Positions 53,323-63,782 of a stretch of 64,000 nucleotides of DNA are shown here, one piece after another. The translations under genes were made by a program, and so were the position numbers. Where the stretch lies: NCBI GenBank assembly GCA_963719315.1, contig CAVRBU010000013.1:32001-96000 (forward strand), read 5' to 3'. The stretch's first letter is position 1, and the number at the start of each line of letters is the position of its first letter. This stretch comes from an uncultured Planctomycetota bacterium (lineage in GTDB: Bacteria > Planctomycetota > Planctomycetia > Pirellulales > Lacipirellulaceae). The notes under the pieces were generated by a model. The model did no database searches and was not told where the DNA came from. It saw only the letters and a program-made list of their open reading frames with translations.

Positions 53323-55072
53323 ATGAGCGTCACCACCCAATCAAAATCGAACCGAGTCAAAACCTCCACCACCCACCCCACGCTCCGCGTGTACAACACG
53401 CTCTCGAAACGCAAGGAGCCGTTCGCCACCGTGCGGCCTGGCAAAGTCGGCATCTACCTATGCGGACCGACGGTCTACGATAAGGCTCACATCGGCCACA
53501 TGGTCGGGCCCGTGATCTTCGACTGCATCAAACGCTACCTCACGTACTGCGGGTACGACGTCAACTGGGTCGTCAACATCACCGACGTGGATGACAAACT
53601 CATCAAGAAAGCCAACGAGCGTGGCATTTCGATGCTCGAGGTGGCCGAGGAGAACATTGCCGACTACAACTCGAACCTCGACGCGCTCGGCGTCGATCAG
53701 ATCGACCACTTCCCGCGGGCCACCGAGTGCATGCCGGAGATCATCCAATTCATCGAGTGCCTCGTCGCACGCAAAGTCGCCTACGAATCGGAAGGCGACG
53801 TGTATTTCGACGTCGGCAAAGATCCTGAATATGGAAAGCTCTCGAACCGCTCGATCGAATCGCTACAAGGTGAAGGCGGCGCCGGCGGCGAACGGAAGCG
53901 GCACGTCGCCGATTTCGCACTCTGGAAATCGGCCAAACCTGGCGAGCCGTCGTGGGACAGCCCGTGGGGCGCCGGCCGACCCGGCTGGCACATCGAATGT
54001 TCGGCGATGAGCAAAAAACTGCTGGGCGACACATTCGATATCCATGGCGGCGGCCTCGACTTAGTGTTCCCACACCACGAAAACGAAATCGCTCAAAGCG
54101 AATGTTGCCACAACCAGCCGATGGTTCTCTATTGGGCTCACAATGGCCTGCTGCGCCGGCATAGGCTCCGACAAAATCGGGGGCGGCGACGCCGCTGGCA
54201 AAATGTCTCGCTCCAAAGGCGCCGGCGGCCTCGCCGACCTCATCAAACGCCAAGGCGGCGAACGCATCCGCTTCTTCCTGCTTCGCACCCACTACCGCAG
54301 CACGGTCCTGTTCAACGAACCGGCCATCGAAGAAGCTGGCATCGGCCTGGAAGGCTTCTACCGCCTCTTCAAACGCTACTCGCGCGTCTCCGGAAAAGAT
54401 TTCTACGCCCTCAAACCATCCCAATCGCGCGACGCTGGCGACGTCGCCTCGGCGACCGGTGCTGACGCTGTTCTCCAATCCGCCACAAAGTGCCGCCAAA
54501 AATTCTTCGCCGCGATGGATGACGACTTCAACACCGGCGGCGCCATCGGCGAACTCTTCGAACTGGCAACCATCACCAATAAGTTCTGCGACGAAGCCGA
54601 CCTGGAAAACGAAGGCAAGTCCGACGCAGCCGCCATCGCCAAATTCACGTCGCTTCTCATCACACTCAAAGAGCTTGCGAACATCCTCGGCATCTTCCTC
54701 CAACCGCCGGCGTCAGCCGCCACTTCCGATGATCTCACGGCCAAGATCATGCCCCTCCTCATCGACCTTCGCGCTACCGCCCGCAGAAACAAAAACTTCG
54801 CGGTCGCCGACAAAATCCGCGACGGTCTCGCCCCCCTCGGCATCGTCCTCGAAGACCGCGCCGGCGGCACCGAATGGTCCGCCGCTCAGTTAGCCCCCGG
54901 CGAGTCGCCGGGGGCTAAATCCGACGGCCTGATGCAGCTCCTAATCCAACTCCGCGCGACGGCGCGCGACGCCAAGGACTTCACCACCGCCGACGCCATC
55001 CGCAACGGCCTTACCGCCGTCGTCATCACGCTCGAAGACCGCGCCGGCGGCACGGAATGGTCAAGAGCTTAG
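53323..55072 (+). CDS. cysS: Cysteine-tRNA ligase; frameshift near 54155; duplicated C-terminal domain
   Basis: [33 protein letters not shown] in one frame; KMSRS, THYRS, MDDDFNT in the next. Confidence 0.93.
54890..54918. repeat. Perfect 14-bp inverted repeat in frame in the cysS linker
   Basis: TTAGCCCCCGGCGA-G-TCGCCGGGGGCTAA. Confidence 0.85.
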
Positions 55073-55150
55073 GGTCGAGAGTCGAGGGCCAGATCTTCAA
55101 TCATTTTGCCTTTCCTCTGGCTCTTGACTTTCGACCCTAGACTCTCGACT
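55071..55150. repeat. Inverted heptamer arms (GAGTCGA-like) between cysS and ruvC
   Basis: agggtcgagagtcgagggccag ... ctggctcttgactttcgaccctagactctcgact. Confidence 0.7.
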
Positions 55151-55153
55151 CCT

Positions 55154-55699
55154 ATGCGTATCCTCGGCATCGATCCTGGTCTCAACACCACCGGCTATGG
55201 CGTATTGGATTTCGCCCACGTGGGCAACTCTCTCCGAGACTCGAATTCGCGTCTCGGAGAGACGCGGCCACGTGTGCCGCGGCTCATCGAAGCGGGTGTC
55301 GTCCGCGGCAAAGCGGATGCCAAGTTGGCCGAGCGGGTAAAGGAAATCCACGACGGCGTCGCCGATGTCATCTCCACGCTCAAACCCGAGATGCTGGCAA
55401 TCGAAGAACTCTACTCCCACTACGAACGGCCGACGACTGCGATACTCATGGGTCACGCACGTGGCGTCATCCTCCTCGCGGCCGCCGAAGCCGGCATCCC
55501 CGTCACGAGCTACCGGGCCACGCAAATCAAAAAAACCATCACGGGCAATGGCCACGCTGCGAAATGGCAAATGCAGGAAGCCATCCGCCGCGAATTGAAT
55601 CTACCCACGCTGCCGGAGCCTCCCAACGTCGCCGATGCTCTCGCGATTGCACTGTGCCACTGCTACTTAAGCCGCTTTCCTTCGGCAGCAAGCTCATGA
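55154..55699 (+). CDS. ruvC: Holliday junction resolvase RuvC with a ~19-aa insertion
   Basis: [39 protein letters not shown]. Confidence 0.95.
   Translation: MRILGIDPGLNTTGYGVLDFAHVGNSLRDSNSRLGETRPRVPRLIEAGVVRGKADAKLAERVKEIHDGVADVISTLKPEMLAIEELYSHYERPTTAILMGHARGVILLAAAEAGIPVTSYRATQIKKTITGNGHAAKWQMQEAIRRELNLPTLPEPPNVADALAIALCHCYLSRFPSAASS
55217..55274. repeat. Palindromic REP-like element in frame within ruvC
   Basis: CACGTGG..TCTCTCCGAGAC-tcgaattcgc-GTCTCGGAGAGA..CCACGTG. Confidence 0.85.
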
Positions 55700-55700
55700 T

Positions 55701-55790
55701 TGGGGCTGGGGACTGGGGGCTGATGGCTGTATGATTTGCCGCAAGCAAAGTCCTCTGGCTCTCGACCCTCGACTCTCAGTCCTCGACCTC
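55701..55790. repeat. Heptamer arms between ruvC and ruvA
   Basis: ggggctggggactgggggctg ... ctctcgaccctcgactctcagtcctcgacct. Confidence 0.6.
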
Positions 55791-55793
55791 CCC

Positions 55794-56420
55794 ATGATCA
55801 CCAAAGTTACCGGCACGCCCGTCGCCCTATCGACCGACACGCTCACGCTCGCCGTCGGCGCGTTCGAGTATGAAATCCTCATTCCGGAATTCGCCCGGCG
55901 AAATCTGCAGGACAAAGTCGGCCACGCCGTCAGTCTCCACACCGTCGAGTACCTCGAAGGAAACGCCATGCAAGGCCGCCTCATCCCGCGGCTCGTCGGC
56001 TTTCTCAGCCCGATCGAGCGCGAGTTTTTCGACATGTTCTGCGAGGTGGATGGCGTCGGCGTCAAAAAGGCCCTGCGGGCAATGGTGCGACCCGTCCAAG
56101 AAGTCGCCACAATGATCGAAGAACAGGATGCTAAGGGCCTTTCCACGCTCCCCGGCATCGGCCCGGCAACCGCCGAACGGATCGTTGCCAAGCTTCGCCG
56201 CAGAGTCCCCAAGTTTGCGCTCTTGGTCGCGCGGGACACACATCCGGTAGCCGGTGTCGAACGCGACCTGTTGACCGAGGCGTTCGAGGTGCTCCGCGTC
56301 CTAGGCCACAGCGAAAGCGATGCCCGCCGGCTGCTCGACGGTGCCCTGGATAAGAAAACCAAATACAAGGACGTCGATTCGCTCCTCCACGCCGTATATG
56401 AAAAGAGCCACAGCGAGTAA
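55794..56420 (+). CDS. ruvA: Holliday junction branch-migration protein RuvA
   Basis: LVGF...[31 protein letters not shown]-terminal domain. Confidence 0.93.
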   Translation: MITKVTGTPVALSTDTLTLAVGAFEYEILIPEFARRNLQDKVGHAVSLHTVEYLEGNAMQGRLIPRLVGFLSPIEREFFDMFCEVDGVGVKKALRAMVRPVQEVATMIEEQDAKGLSTLPGIGPATAERIVAKLRRRVPKFALLVARDTHPVAGVERDLLTEAFEVLRVLGHSESDARRLLDGALDKKTKYKDVDSLLHAVYEKSHSE

Positions 56421-56429
56421 CGCCACCTT

Positions 56430-57320
56430 GTGAACGCCCAACCGGCCAATTCGTCGCGGCAACGCTGGGCGCGCACATTGTGGCGAATCGCCCGGCCGCT
56501 CATCGTCGCCTACCTCGTAATCGTTCTCGGCATGATGTTTCTGGAAACCTGGCTCGTGTACCCAATCCCGCCGCTTGAATGGGGCGATTGGAGCCCAAAA
56601 AGTTTCAACCACGAGGACATTCAATTTTCGTCGACCGACGGTACCAAGCTCCACGGCTGGTTAGTTCCTCACGTCAAGCCGACGCGGGCCATCTTGTATT
56701 GCCACGGCAACGCCGAGGACGTGGCGGCTGTCGGTGAGTTGGCTGCCCATCTTAGCGATACCCTCCAAGCTTCCGTCTTCATCTTCGATTACCGCGGATA
56801 TGGCCACAGCGAAGGACGCCCCAACGAAGCCCGCTGCGTCGCCGATGGCTGCGCGGCACAGCAATGGCTGGCCCGGCGCATGAACATCCGTCCCGATGAA
56901 GTGATCGTCATGGGGCGTTCATTGGGAAGCGCCGTGGCGGTTGCAGTTGCCGCCGCAAACGGGGCCCGCGCCTTGATTCTTGAAAGTGCGTTTCCAACTA
57001 TGCCCGACGTAGCGGCGTTGCATTACCCTTGGTTGCCGGTGAGGTGGGTCATGAAAAACCGTTTCGACAACCTGGCGCGCATCCAGCAGTACGAAGGTCC
57101 GCTGCTGCAAAGCCACGGAACGACCGACGAATTGATCCCCATCGGTCTGGCCCGAAAACTGTTCGATGCCGCGCCAAGCCACACGAAAAAGTGGTTGGAG
57201 TACAAGAATTGGGGCCACAACGACTCACCGCCGCCGCAGTATTTCCGAGACTTGGCTACATTTCTCGACTCTGCCGACCCCCCATCCGGAGTAATCAACT
57301 CCGCTGTGCCGGCGGAATAG
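56430..57320 (+). CDS. Alpha/beta hydrolase (ABHD13/17, Bem46-like) with N-terminal TM segment
   Basis: YCHGNA, DYRGYG.S.G.P.E, GRSLG, HGTTDELIP, GHND. Confidence 0.9.
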   Translation: MNAQPANSSRQRWARTLWRIARPLIVAYLVIVLGMMFLETWLVYPIPPLEWGDWSPKSFNHEDIQFSSTDGTKLHGWLVPHVKPTRAILYCHGNAEDVAAVGELAAHLSDTLQASVFIFDYRGYGHSEGRPNEARCVADGCAAQQWLARRMNIRPDEVIVMGRSLGSAVAVAVAAANGARALILESAFPTMPDVAALHYPWLPVRWVMKNRFDNLARIQQYEGPLLQSHGTTDELIPIGLARKLFDAAPSHTKKWLEYKNWGHNDSPPPQYFRDLATFLDSADPPSGVINSAVPAE

Positions 57321-57779
57321 CCCAATCTTCCACCGGCTAGCTTGACGAAGATGGCGAATTGGCGGCCCGCACTCCTTGAGAGACCTGCCCAACCAGTTGC
57401 TATGTGTTTATAATTAGGCTTCACGCCTACGGGCGTCGATAAGGATTTCAGCCTGAAAACATGCGTTTTCTGGCAGATTCCTCCCACCTGATAGCCGGCC
57501 CACGGACGACACTCGCCCCTGGCGGGCCGGCCACGACGCCAACGCCGGTGAACCCGCATCCCGCCCTGCCATTGCTTTCAACCCAGTATGCCGGACGATT
57601 TTTTTACTTCCACCCGGCCGGGATGCTAGCTATCCTGTGTTTTCCCACCTTCCCGTTCCGACAGAAGCTTCCTAGCTCGCCGAATTGACTCTGGATTACT
57701 AACTCCATAACAATTCCGTCCACTGCTAGCATCTCCCAAGTCGGTCCCACTTCCCGCTCAAGCGGTCACCCTACTACCT

Positions 57780-58595
57780 ATGCTGATCAAGATAATTGAG
57801 CGTTCGCTGGTGTATCCTCGGCCATCGCGCGAGCGCGGCGACTGGCGGCCTCGCTGGTTGCGGCCGCAAAACGTGTGGTTCCGCTCGGCCGACAACACCA
57901 AGCTCCACGGTTGGTACGTGCCCAACCCCGAAGCCCGGCGACTCGTCGTTTACTCGCACGGCAACGGCGAGCACGTAGCCGACCAGGCGAGCCTCGTGGC
58001 CCGGTTGCAGACCCACTTGCAGGCAACCGTGTTTGTTTACGATTACCGGGGCTATGGCCGCAGTCGGGGCAAGCCGACCGAGCGCGGCTGTATCGCCGAC
58101 GGCATGGCCGCCCAACGATGGCTGGCAGAACGCGAGGGTGTGGGCGTCGAAGACATTGTGATGGTTGGCCGTTCGCTCGGCGGCGGCGTGGCTGTCGCGG
58201 CCGCGTCCGAGCATGGCGCGCGAGCCCTGGTGCTGGAAGCAACATTCTCCCGCATGACCGATGCCGCGGCCGCACAGTACCCCTGGCTTCCCGTGCGGCT
58301 CGTCATGCGAAATCGATATAACTCGGTCCGCCGCATCCAAAAGTACCAAGGACCGACGTTCCAATCCCACGGCACTGCTGACGAAGTGGTGCCCCTCTCC
58401 ATGGCCCGGGGCCTGTTCGACTCCTCGCCCAGCCGGATGAAGCAGTTTTACGAGATCAACTTCGCCCGGCATAACGATACGCCGCCGCCGGCGTACTACG
58501 CTACCCTCTCGGACTTTTTGGACCAAGTCGACGAGCAGAGCGGTTTCAAACTGCCCAGCCGGCTCCGACGCCGCGAACGGCAGCTTGTTTCTTAG
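57780..58595 (+). CDS. Alpha/beta hydrolase, paralog of the preceding gene
   Basis: YSHGNG, DYRGYGRSRGKPTE, GRSLG, HGTADEVVP, HND. Confidence 0.9.
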   Translation: MLIKIIERSLVYPRPSRERGDWRPRWLRPQNVWFRSADNTKLHGWYVPNPEARRLVVYSHGNGEHVADQASLVARLQTHLQATVFVYDYRGYGRSRGKPTERGCIADGMAAQRWLAEREGVGVEDIVMVGRSLGGGVAVAAASEHGARALVLEATFSRMTDAAAAQYPWLPVRLVMRNRYNSVRRIQKYQGPTFQSHGTADEVVPLSMARGLFDSSPSRMKQFYEINFARHNDTPPPAYYATLSDFLDQVDEQSGFKLPSRLRRRERQLVS

Positions 58596-58707
58596 TCCGT
58601 TGCCGGTTGCCCGCTGTCCGCTGCTTGGCAGATAATGCTGCGCGGCGTACGAAGTGTTCGTTACGGCGTGCAGCGGACGACAGACTATCAACCACGGACG
58701 GGCAAAC

Positions 58708-59781
58708 ATGCCCCGCGAAACAATCCTCTCCGGCGACGACCTGCCCGCGCCCCACGATGATAACTCGTCGGCTAAGGGGGCCAACCCTGGCCGACTTCGC
58801 GACGACGAGATCGCCCTCCGACCTCAGCACATGAGTGAAATGGTCGGCCAGCGCAAAGTGGCCGAACGGCTGGCGATTGCCGTTGACGCGGCCCGCAAAC
58901 GCAAAGAACCGCTTGGCCACATCTTGCTCGATGGCCCGCCGGGACTTGGCAAGACCACGTTTGCGACGTGCATTCCACGCGACTTGGGCGTCGGCCTGCA
59001 GATTGGCAGCGGGGCGGCGCTGGCCGCGCCGAAGGATTTGCTGCCGTACCTCACCAACGCCGAGGAAGGCTCGATCCTGTTCATCGACGAGATCCATCGC
59101 CTGCCCAAAGCGGTCGAGGAGTTCATGTACCCGGCGATGGAGGATTTTCGAGTCGACATTACGCTCGGCGAAGGGGCTGGAGCCCGGACGGTGAACATGA
59201 AGCTGCGGCCGTTCACGCTGATCGGCGCCACCACCCGTAGCGGATTGCTCTCCGCCCCGCTCCGTGATCGCTTCCAGATCCGCGAGCACCTCGAGTTTTA
59301 CAGCGAAGAGGAGTTGACCGAGATCGTCCGCCGCAATGCGGCCAAGTTGCGGGTTGAGATCGAAGGCGCGGCCGCGGAAAAAATCGCGCATTGCAGCCGG
59401 GGCACGCCGCGAATCGCCAACAACCGCCTCCGCTGGGTCCGCGACTATTCGACCAGCAAGCACAGCGGCCACATCACGCTGGCCATTGCCGAGGCCGCCC
59501 TCAACATGCTGGGCATCGACATTCTGGGCCTCGATGCCCAGGATCGCAAATACCTGCAAATAATCGCCCGCGTGTTCCATGGCGGCCCGGCCGGCGTCGA
59601 GGCCATCGCCCATACGATGAACGCTGCCTTGGATACGCTGGTTGATGAGGTCGAGCCGTTCCTGCTCCGCTCGGAACTCGTCGTCCGCACACCGCGCGGC
59701 CGCAAACTTACGGCCAATTCGTACCAACACTTGGGCGAAACGCCGCCCCCCGACGAGCCACAGCTACCGCTGTTCAAATAG
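58708..59781 (+). CDS. ruvB: Holliday junction branch-migration helicase RuvB
   Basis: LRP, GPPGLGKTT, FIDEIHR, PFTLIGATTR, RGTPR, EPFL, RTPRGR. Confidence 0.97.
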   Translation: MPRETILSGDDLPAPHDDNSSAKGANPGRLRDDEIALRPQHMSEMVGQRKVAERLAIAVDAARKRKEPLGHILLDGPPGLGKTTFATCIPRDLGVGLQIGSGAALAAPKDLLPYLTNAEEGSILFIDEIHRLPKAVEEFMYPAMEDFRVDITLGEGAGARTVNMKLRPFTLIGATTRSGLLSAPLRDRFQIREHLEFYSEEELTEIVRRNAAKLRVEIEGAAAEKIAHCSRGTPRIANNRLRWVRDYSTSKHSGHITLAIAEAALNMLGIDILGLDAQDRKYLQIIARVFHGGPAGVEAIAHTMNAALDTLVDEVEPFLLRSELVVRTPRGRKLTANSYQHLGETPPPDEPQLPLFK

Positions 59782-59818
59782 TCCGCTTACAATCAGTCCT
59801 CCTCCGGAGAATATCACC

Positions 59819-60751
59819 ATGAAACGCTTGCAAGTGATCGGCGCCTATTTGCTCGTAGCCCTGGCAGCCGGCCGAGGCCTCGCCGCCGAGGCTAATGATT
59901 CGTACAAAATCACGCCCGACGTGGTCTATGGCCACAAGGCGGGCATGGCCCTCACGTTCGACGCCATTGAGCCCCGGGAACCGAACGGCGCCGGCGTGCT
60001 TTTCATGGTGAGCGGCGGGTGGGTCTCCGGTTGGGGGCCGCCGGAGAATTTCATCAAACCGAATGCACCATCCGGCATGACGCATTTCCGCGATCTGGTC
60101 GATCACGGCTACACGCTGTTCATCGTCCGCCACGGCAGCTCCCCACAGTTCAAAGTGCCCGAGGCGGTGGCCGACGTCCAACGGGCTGTCCGCTATATCC
60201 GCCTGCATGCCGCTGATTTCAAGATCGATCCCGATCGCATCGGCGTTTGCGGCGGCAGCGCCGGCGGGCACTTGTCGCTGATGCTCGGCACGGCCTCGGA
60301 CGAAGGGAACAAGGACTCCAAGGACGAAGTGGACCGCGCCAGCGACCGCGTGGAAGCCGTCGTCGCCTATTTCCCGCCGGTCGACTTGCGCGATTGGGTC
60401 GGCGACAAACGCTTCCCGGCATTGTCGTTCGATCCAAAACTGGCCGAATCCGTCTCGCCGATCCTGCACGTGTCGAAAGATGACCCGCCGACATTGCTCA
60501 TCCACGGCGACAAAGACGACCTGGTCAAGCTCGACAATAGCGAACACATTCTGGCCGCACTCAAAAAGGAAGGCGTCCCCTGCGACTTGATCGTAATGCA
60601 CGGCGCCGGCCACGGCTTCGGCGGCGAACAAGGCAAGCAAGCTTCCGAGGCGCTCATTAAATGGTTCGATAAGTACCTCGCCAAACCGGCAACGCCGCGC
60701 GACGGCGACACCAAATCCGATAAGCGCCAAAAAGTACCTGCGGCCTCGTAG
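59819..60751 (+). CDS. Secreted alpha/beta hydrolase (esterase/lipase)
   Basis: Signal peptide, SGGW, GGSAGG, HGDKD, GHGF; GGAGA RBS. Confidence 0.88.
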   Translation: MKRLQVIGAYLLVALAAGRGLAAEANDSYKITPDVVYGHKAGMALTFDAIEPREPNGAGVLFMVSGGWVSGWGPPENFIKPNAPSGMTHFRDLVDHGYTLFIVRHGSSPQFKVPEAVADVQRAVRYIRLHAADFKIDPDRIGVCGGSAGGHLSLMLGTASDEGNKDSKDEVDRASDRVEAVVAYFPPVDLRDWVGDKRFPALSFDPKLAESVSPILHVSKDDPPTLLIHGDKDDLVKLDNSEHILAALKKEGVPCDLIVMHGAGHGFGGEQGKQASEALIKWFDKYLAKPATPRDGDTKSDKRQKVPAAS

Positions 60752-60905
60752 TCGCTCCGGGCCATTCGCTTTTCCAAGATCGCCGAACGAGTGTGGGGCG
60801 TCGGAGACGCCCCACACAAATAGGAATGGATGTTTCTTGATGCCACCAACGCGCCATTCGTCTATTTCTCGGTGACTGCAGTTCAAATTCAGACAAAGAG
60901 GGGCG

Positions 60906-60972
60906 GGAACGCTAATCTTCGCTAATCTCCACTGATTCGGAATTAGTGGAGATTAGTGAGAATCAGCGTTCC
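60906..60972. repeat. Inverted 9/10-mer arms
   Basis: aacgctaatcttcgctaatctccactgatt-cgg-aattagtggagattagtgagaatcagcgtt. Confidence 0.75.
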
Positions 60973-61223
60973 TTCTTTTCTTTCCCTTTTTCTCAGGATG
61001 AGTTTTGCGCGAGGGCTTCGCGCAATGGAAATCGCAAGTCGTTGGGCGGCAAGGGAGTACGATTGTGCGGACGCGTGAAAATTTTTTTTTCGCGTGCAAA
61101 ACTCCTCCTTTTTGCGCGGCGCTTAGGCCACCAACCGCTGGAAATCCAGTGGTTTGGGCGTGCGCGAAGCGTGCAATAATAGGCGAGTTTGCTCTCTAAG
61201 AAGCTGGAATCTGGCAGTAAAAA

Positions 61224-61386
61224 AAGCTGTTAGCTGTTAGCTGTTAGCCAGAGCGGTCGGGCCTGTAGAATGCGCCGTTTTACGGTGTTCCGGCCCTTCG
61301 GCCAGCTTTGGGCAAAAAGGCGAGAGCGCGTCGGGGGACCGCGCGCAACCTCTGACTGATAGCCAACAGCTAATGGCTAACAGCTT
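61224..61386. repeat. Inverted heptamer (AGCTGTT) arms
   Basis: aagctgttagctgttagctgttagcc ... gatagccaacagctaatggctaacagctt; a related arm lies at 24240-24266. Confidence 0.75.
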
Positions 61387-61696
61387 GCTCTAAATTTTCA
61401 AGGATCAAACGCCGTCGCAATGCAGCGTGGCGAAACTATAGCACGATCGCGACGACGATTCCACAATTATTTTTGGCCGCGCCGCGATTCATCTTTTACC
61501 GCGTTGCGGAGCGTGGCTCTCTTTTCGTGTTCTTCTCAAGGGACCGAATCTTGGTACAGATGCCTCACAATCCAGCTCTGCCGATTCCATCTGAACTGCG
61601 AGCAAAGTTACCAAGTCGACGACCGCCGCCACGCCGAGGCGATTTGAATCGCGGTAACAGCTTAGCCGATTGAAGTTGTCGCGATGGACGTTATCG

Positions 61697-61924
61697 AGGG
61701 CCGTTCGACGGCCCTTTTCCCGCGCCTGCGGTCTTAGGCCCGCCGTTTACGGCGGGTCCATAAGGTCCCGAAACACGATGGGGAGGCTTCTCGCTTTGCG
61801 GCTGAAGCCATCGCCGCGAGAAGCCCTGTAAACCAGGGCTTGGTGCTGATCGGTTGGCCTAACCAACCCGTCGTCAACGACGGGCCTAAGACCACCTTCG
61901 GTGGAAGGAACCGTGAACGGCTCT
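61697..61924. repeat. Mosaic multi-hairpin element with a 28-bp long-range inverted repeat
   Basis: GGTCTTAGGCCCGCCGTTTACGGCGGGT (61730-61757) vs ACCCGTCGTCAACGACGGGCCTAAGACC (61866-61893), plus several CCGT-NN-ACGG-type hairpins. Confidence 0.75.
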
Positions 61925-61939
61925 GCAATCCGCTAAACT

Positions 61940-62105
61940 GTTACAGATTTGCAAGAATTCAGTGCATTGCGATGTATGGACCGTCAGAATAAATCTGCCA
62001 CATCAAAAAGCACACAAGCACCTGAAATTCCAGGGATTCTCGAAGAATCAATGTGTCAGTTTTTTTGCGACGAGCCATACTCTGAATTCTTGCGAATTCA
62101 GCTAC
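61940..62105. repeat. Family B REP doublet with a long spacer
   Basis: gatttgcaagaattcag ... ctgaattcttgcgaattcagctac. Confidence 0.65.
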
Positions 62106-62354
62106 GGTTTTGAAACCGCTTCAAGCTTTATTGGCCACCTTTTTTGCGGGTGAGAGCGGTGGTAAGCTGCTGGTTGCCGAGCGGAAAGGATGGACCGCAT
62201 CGGGCGTCGATCGAGCGACAATTGGCAACAAGAAAGTCGTTTGCCGAATTCACTTCCGACCCTATAGAGTTGCGATCATCTCGCGGTTGACATTGTCGTC
62301 GTCCTCGCACTTAGGAAAAAAGAGACCTGCCCCCTATCATCAGGGAGGTGACCG

Positions 62355-63450
62355 ATGAATTGTTTGAATTTGCGCGTCTCGATTTGTTCAATTTTCGTCT
62401 TCGCGTTTACCGCCGGTGAGGTATGTGGGCCGGCAATCGCGACGGCGGCCATCGTAGTACCCAGCGGGACCCGCGTTTTTCTGACGGTCGACGGGCAAAC
62501 GAATACTTGTCCTCCCGATGGGAACTGCGCGGTCGCCGCCGGACCGACCGTACCGGTAATCATCCCACTCACGACGTTCACGGATCCCCGAGGCCCAAAC
62601 TTCGGTTATCTCACGTCGAGCGCGGACGTAATGACAGGCAAGACGGCGCATGGAACGATTAACGCGTTATCAACGGACTTCCAATACCTGGCGATCAACG
62701 ACACGTACACTGTCCATGGCATAGCCAGCGGATCGTTCCCAATCACGGTAACGCTTCATATCACGGGCTCGTACGGCTCCATACCAAACACGACGTTTGG
62801 TAACTTAATGGGTACCGAAGCTTCGCAGCTCGAAATTGGCACGTTTCATCCGGAAGCTACACTCACTCAATTTCTGATCGACCCATTCCCGCCCGATGCC
62901 CTCAACCCGATGACTTCACAGGTCAGCCAAGTCCAGAATGCGATGGCCAGCGCGACACCACTGACCTTTCCGTGGGACGTTCAGGTGAGCCACACACAGA
63001 TGGTCAGCATCAATGACGTATTCGACATTGCATACGGAATCAGTATGAACATCTCTAGCTCTGCTCAAATGGATTTGAATCCCGGTGGCATCAACGTCAT
63101 ATCATTTGCCTTGCCGGAAGGTGTGTTTTTAACGTCGGCACTGGGAGCGACGTTTGGTACTCCGCCGAGCCTGGTCGGCGACTACAACAACAACGGCTCG
63201 GTCGACGCGGCCGATATGGTTGTGTGGCGCAAGAACTTAGGAACATCCACCTTACTTGCTAACGATCCTATCGGTGGCACGATCGGCCAGGGCCAGTACG
63301 ATAATTGGCGCGCACCACTTCGGCGAAGCGCTTGGCAGCGGCGTGGGTGGGAGTTCGAACATCTCCGTCCCGGAACCAGCGACCTTAACCTTAGCACTGC
63401 TGATACTCGCGGCCGCTGCTTGGTGTCTCCAGCTACGCCGGGCCGCATAA
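62355..63450 (+). CDS. PEP-CTERM protein with dockerin-like GDYNNNGSVDAAD tail; frameshift near 63313
   Basis: GGAGGT RBS and signal peptide; ...YDNWRA continues in another frame as HFG...VPEPATLTLALLILAAAAWCLQLRRAA. Confidence 0.85.
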
Positions 63451-63782
63451 AAAGTACCATCAACTTCTAAACGCCTGACAATCGCCATCAAACCACCATT
63501 AGTTGACCCAATCACGACGGGTAGCGTCTGGCGCCTGGACTAGGAAAGGGGGCGGGCACCGGACTCCTGTTGTGCCCCTCCGATTGCGGCACCGCAGCAG
63601 CGATCCGGAAATTCCATGCGTTTGGTGACGCGGACCGGTAGAATTAGAGCAGCCAATATCCATCCACTGCGCTGAAAGGAGAATTGAAGCCTTGCTGACT
63701 TAGCCCGGCAGTGCTGTTTCGAATTGGGTGATCCGCCGCCATGTGCCGTGCCTGGCCACCGCTCGTTACACGAGATCGATTC

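Noticed and set aside
54140..54170. Programmed frameshift in cysS
   Set aside because: There is no slippery heptamer, and the window has several similar breaks best explained as assembly indels.
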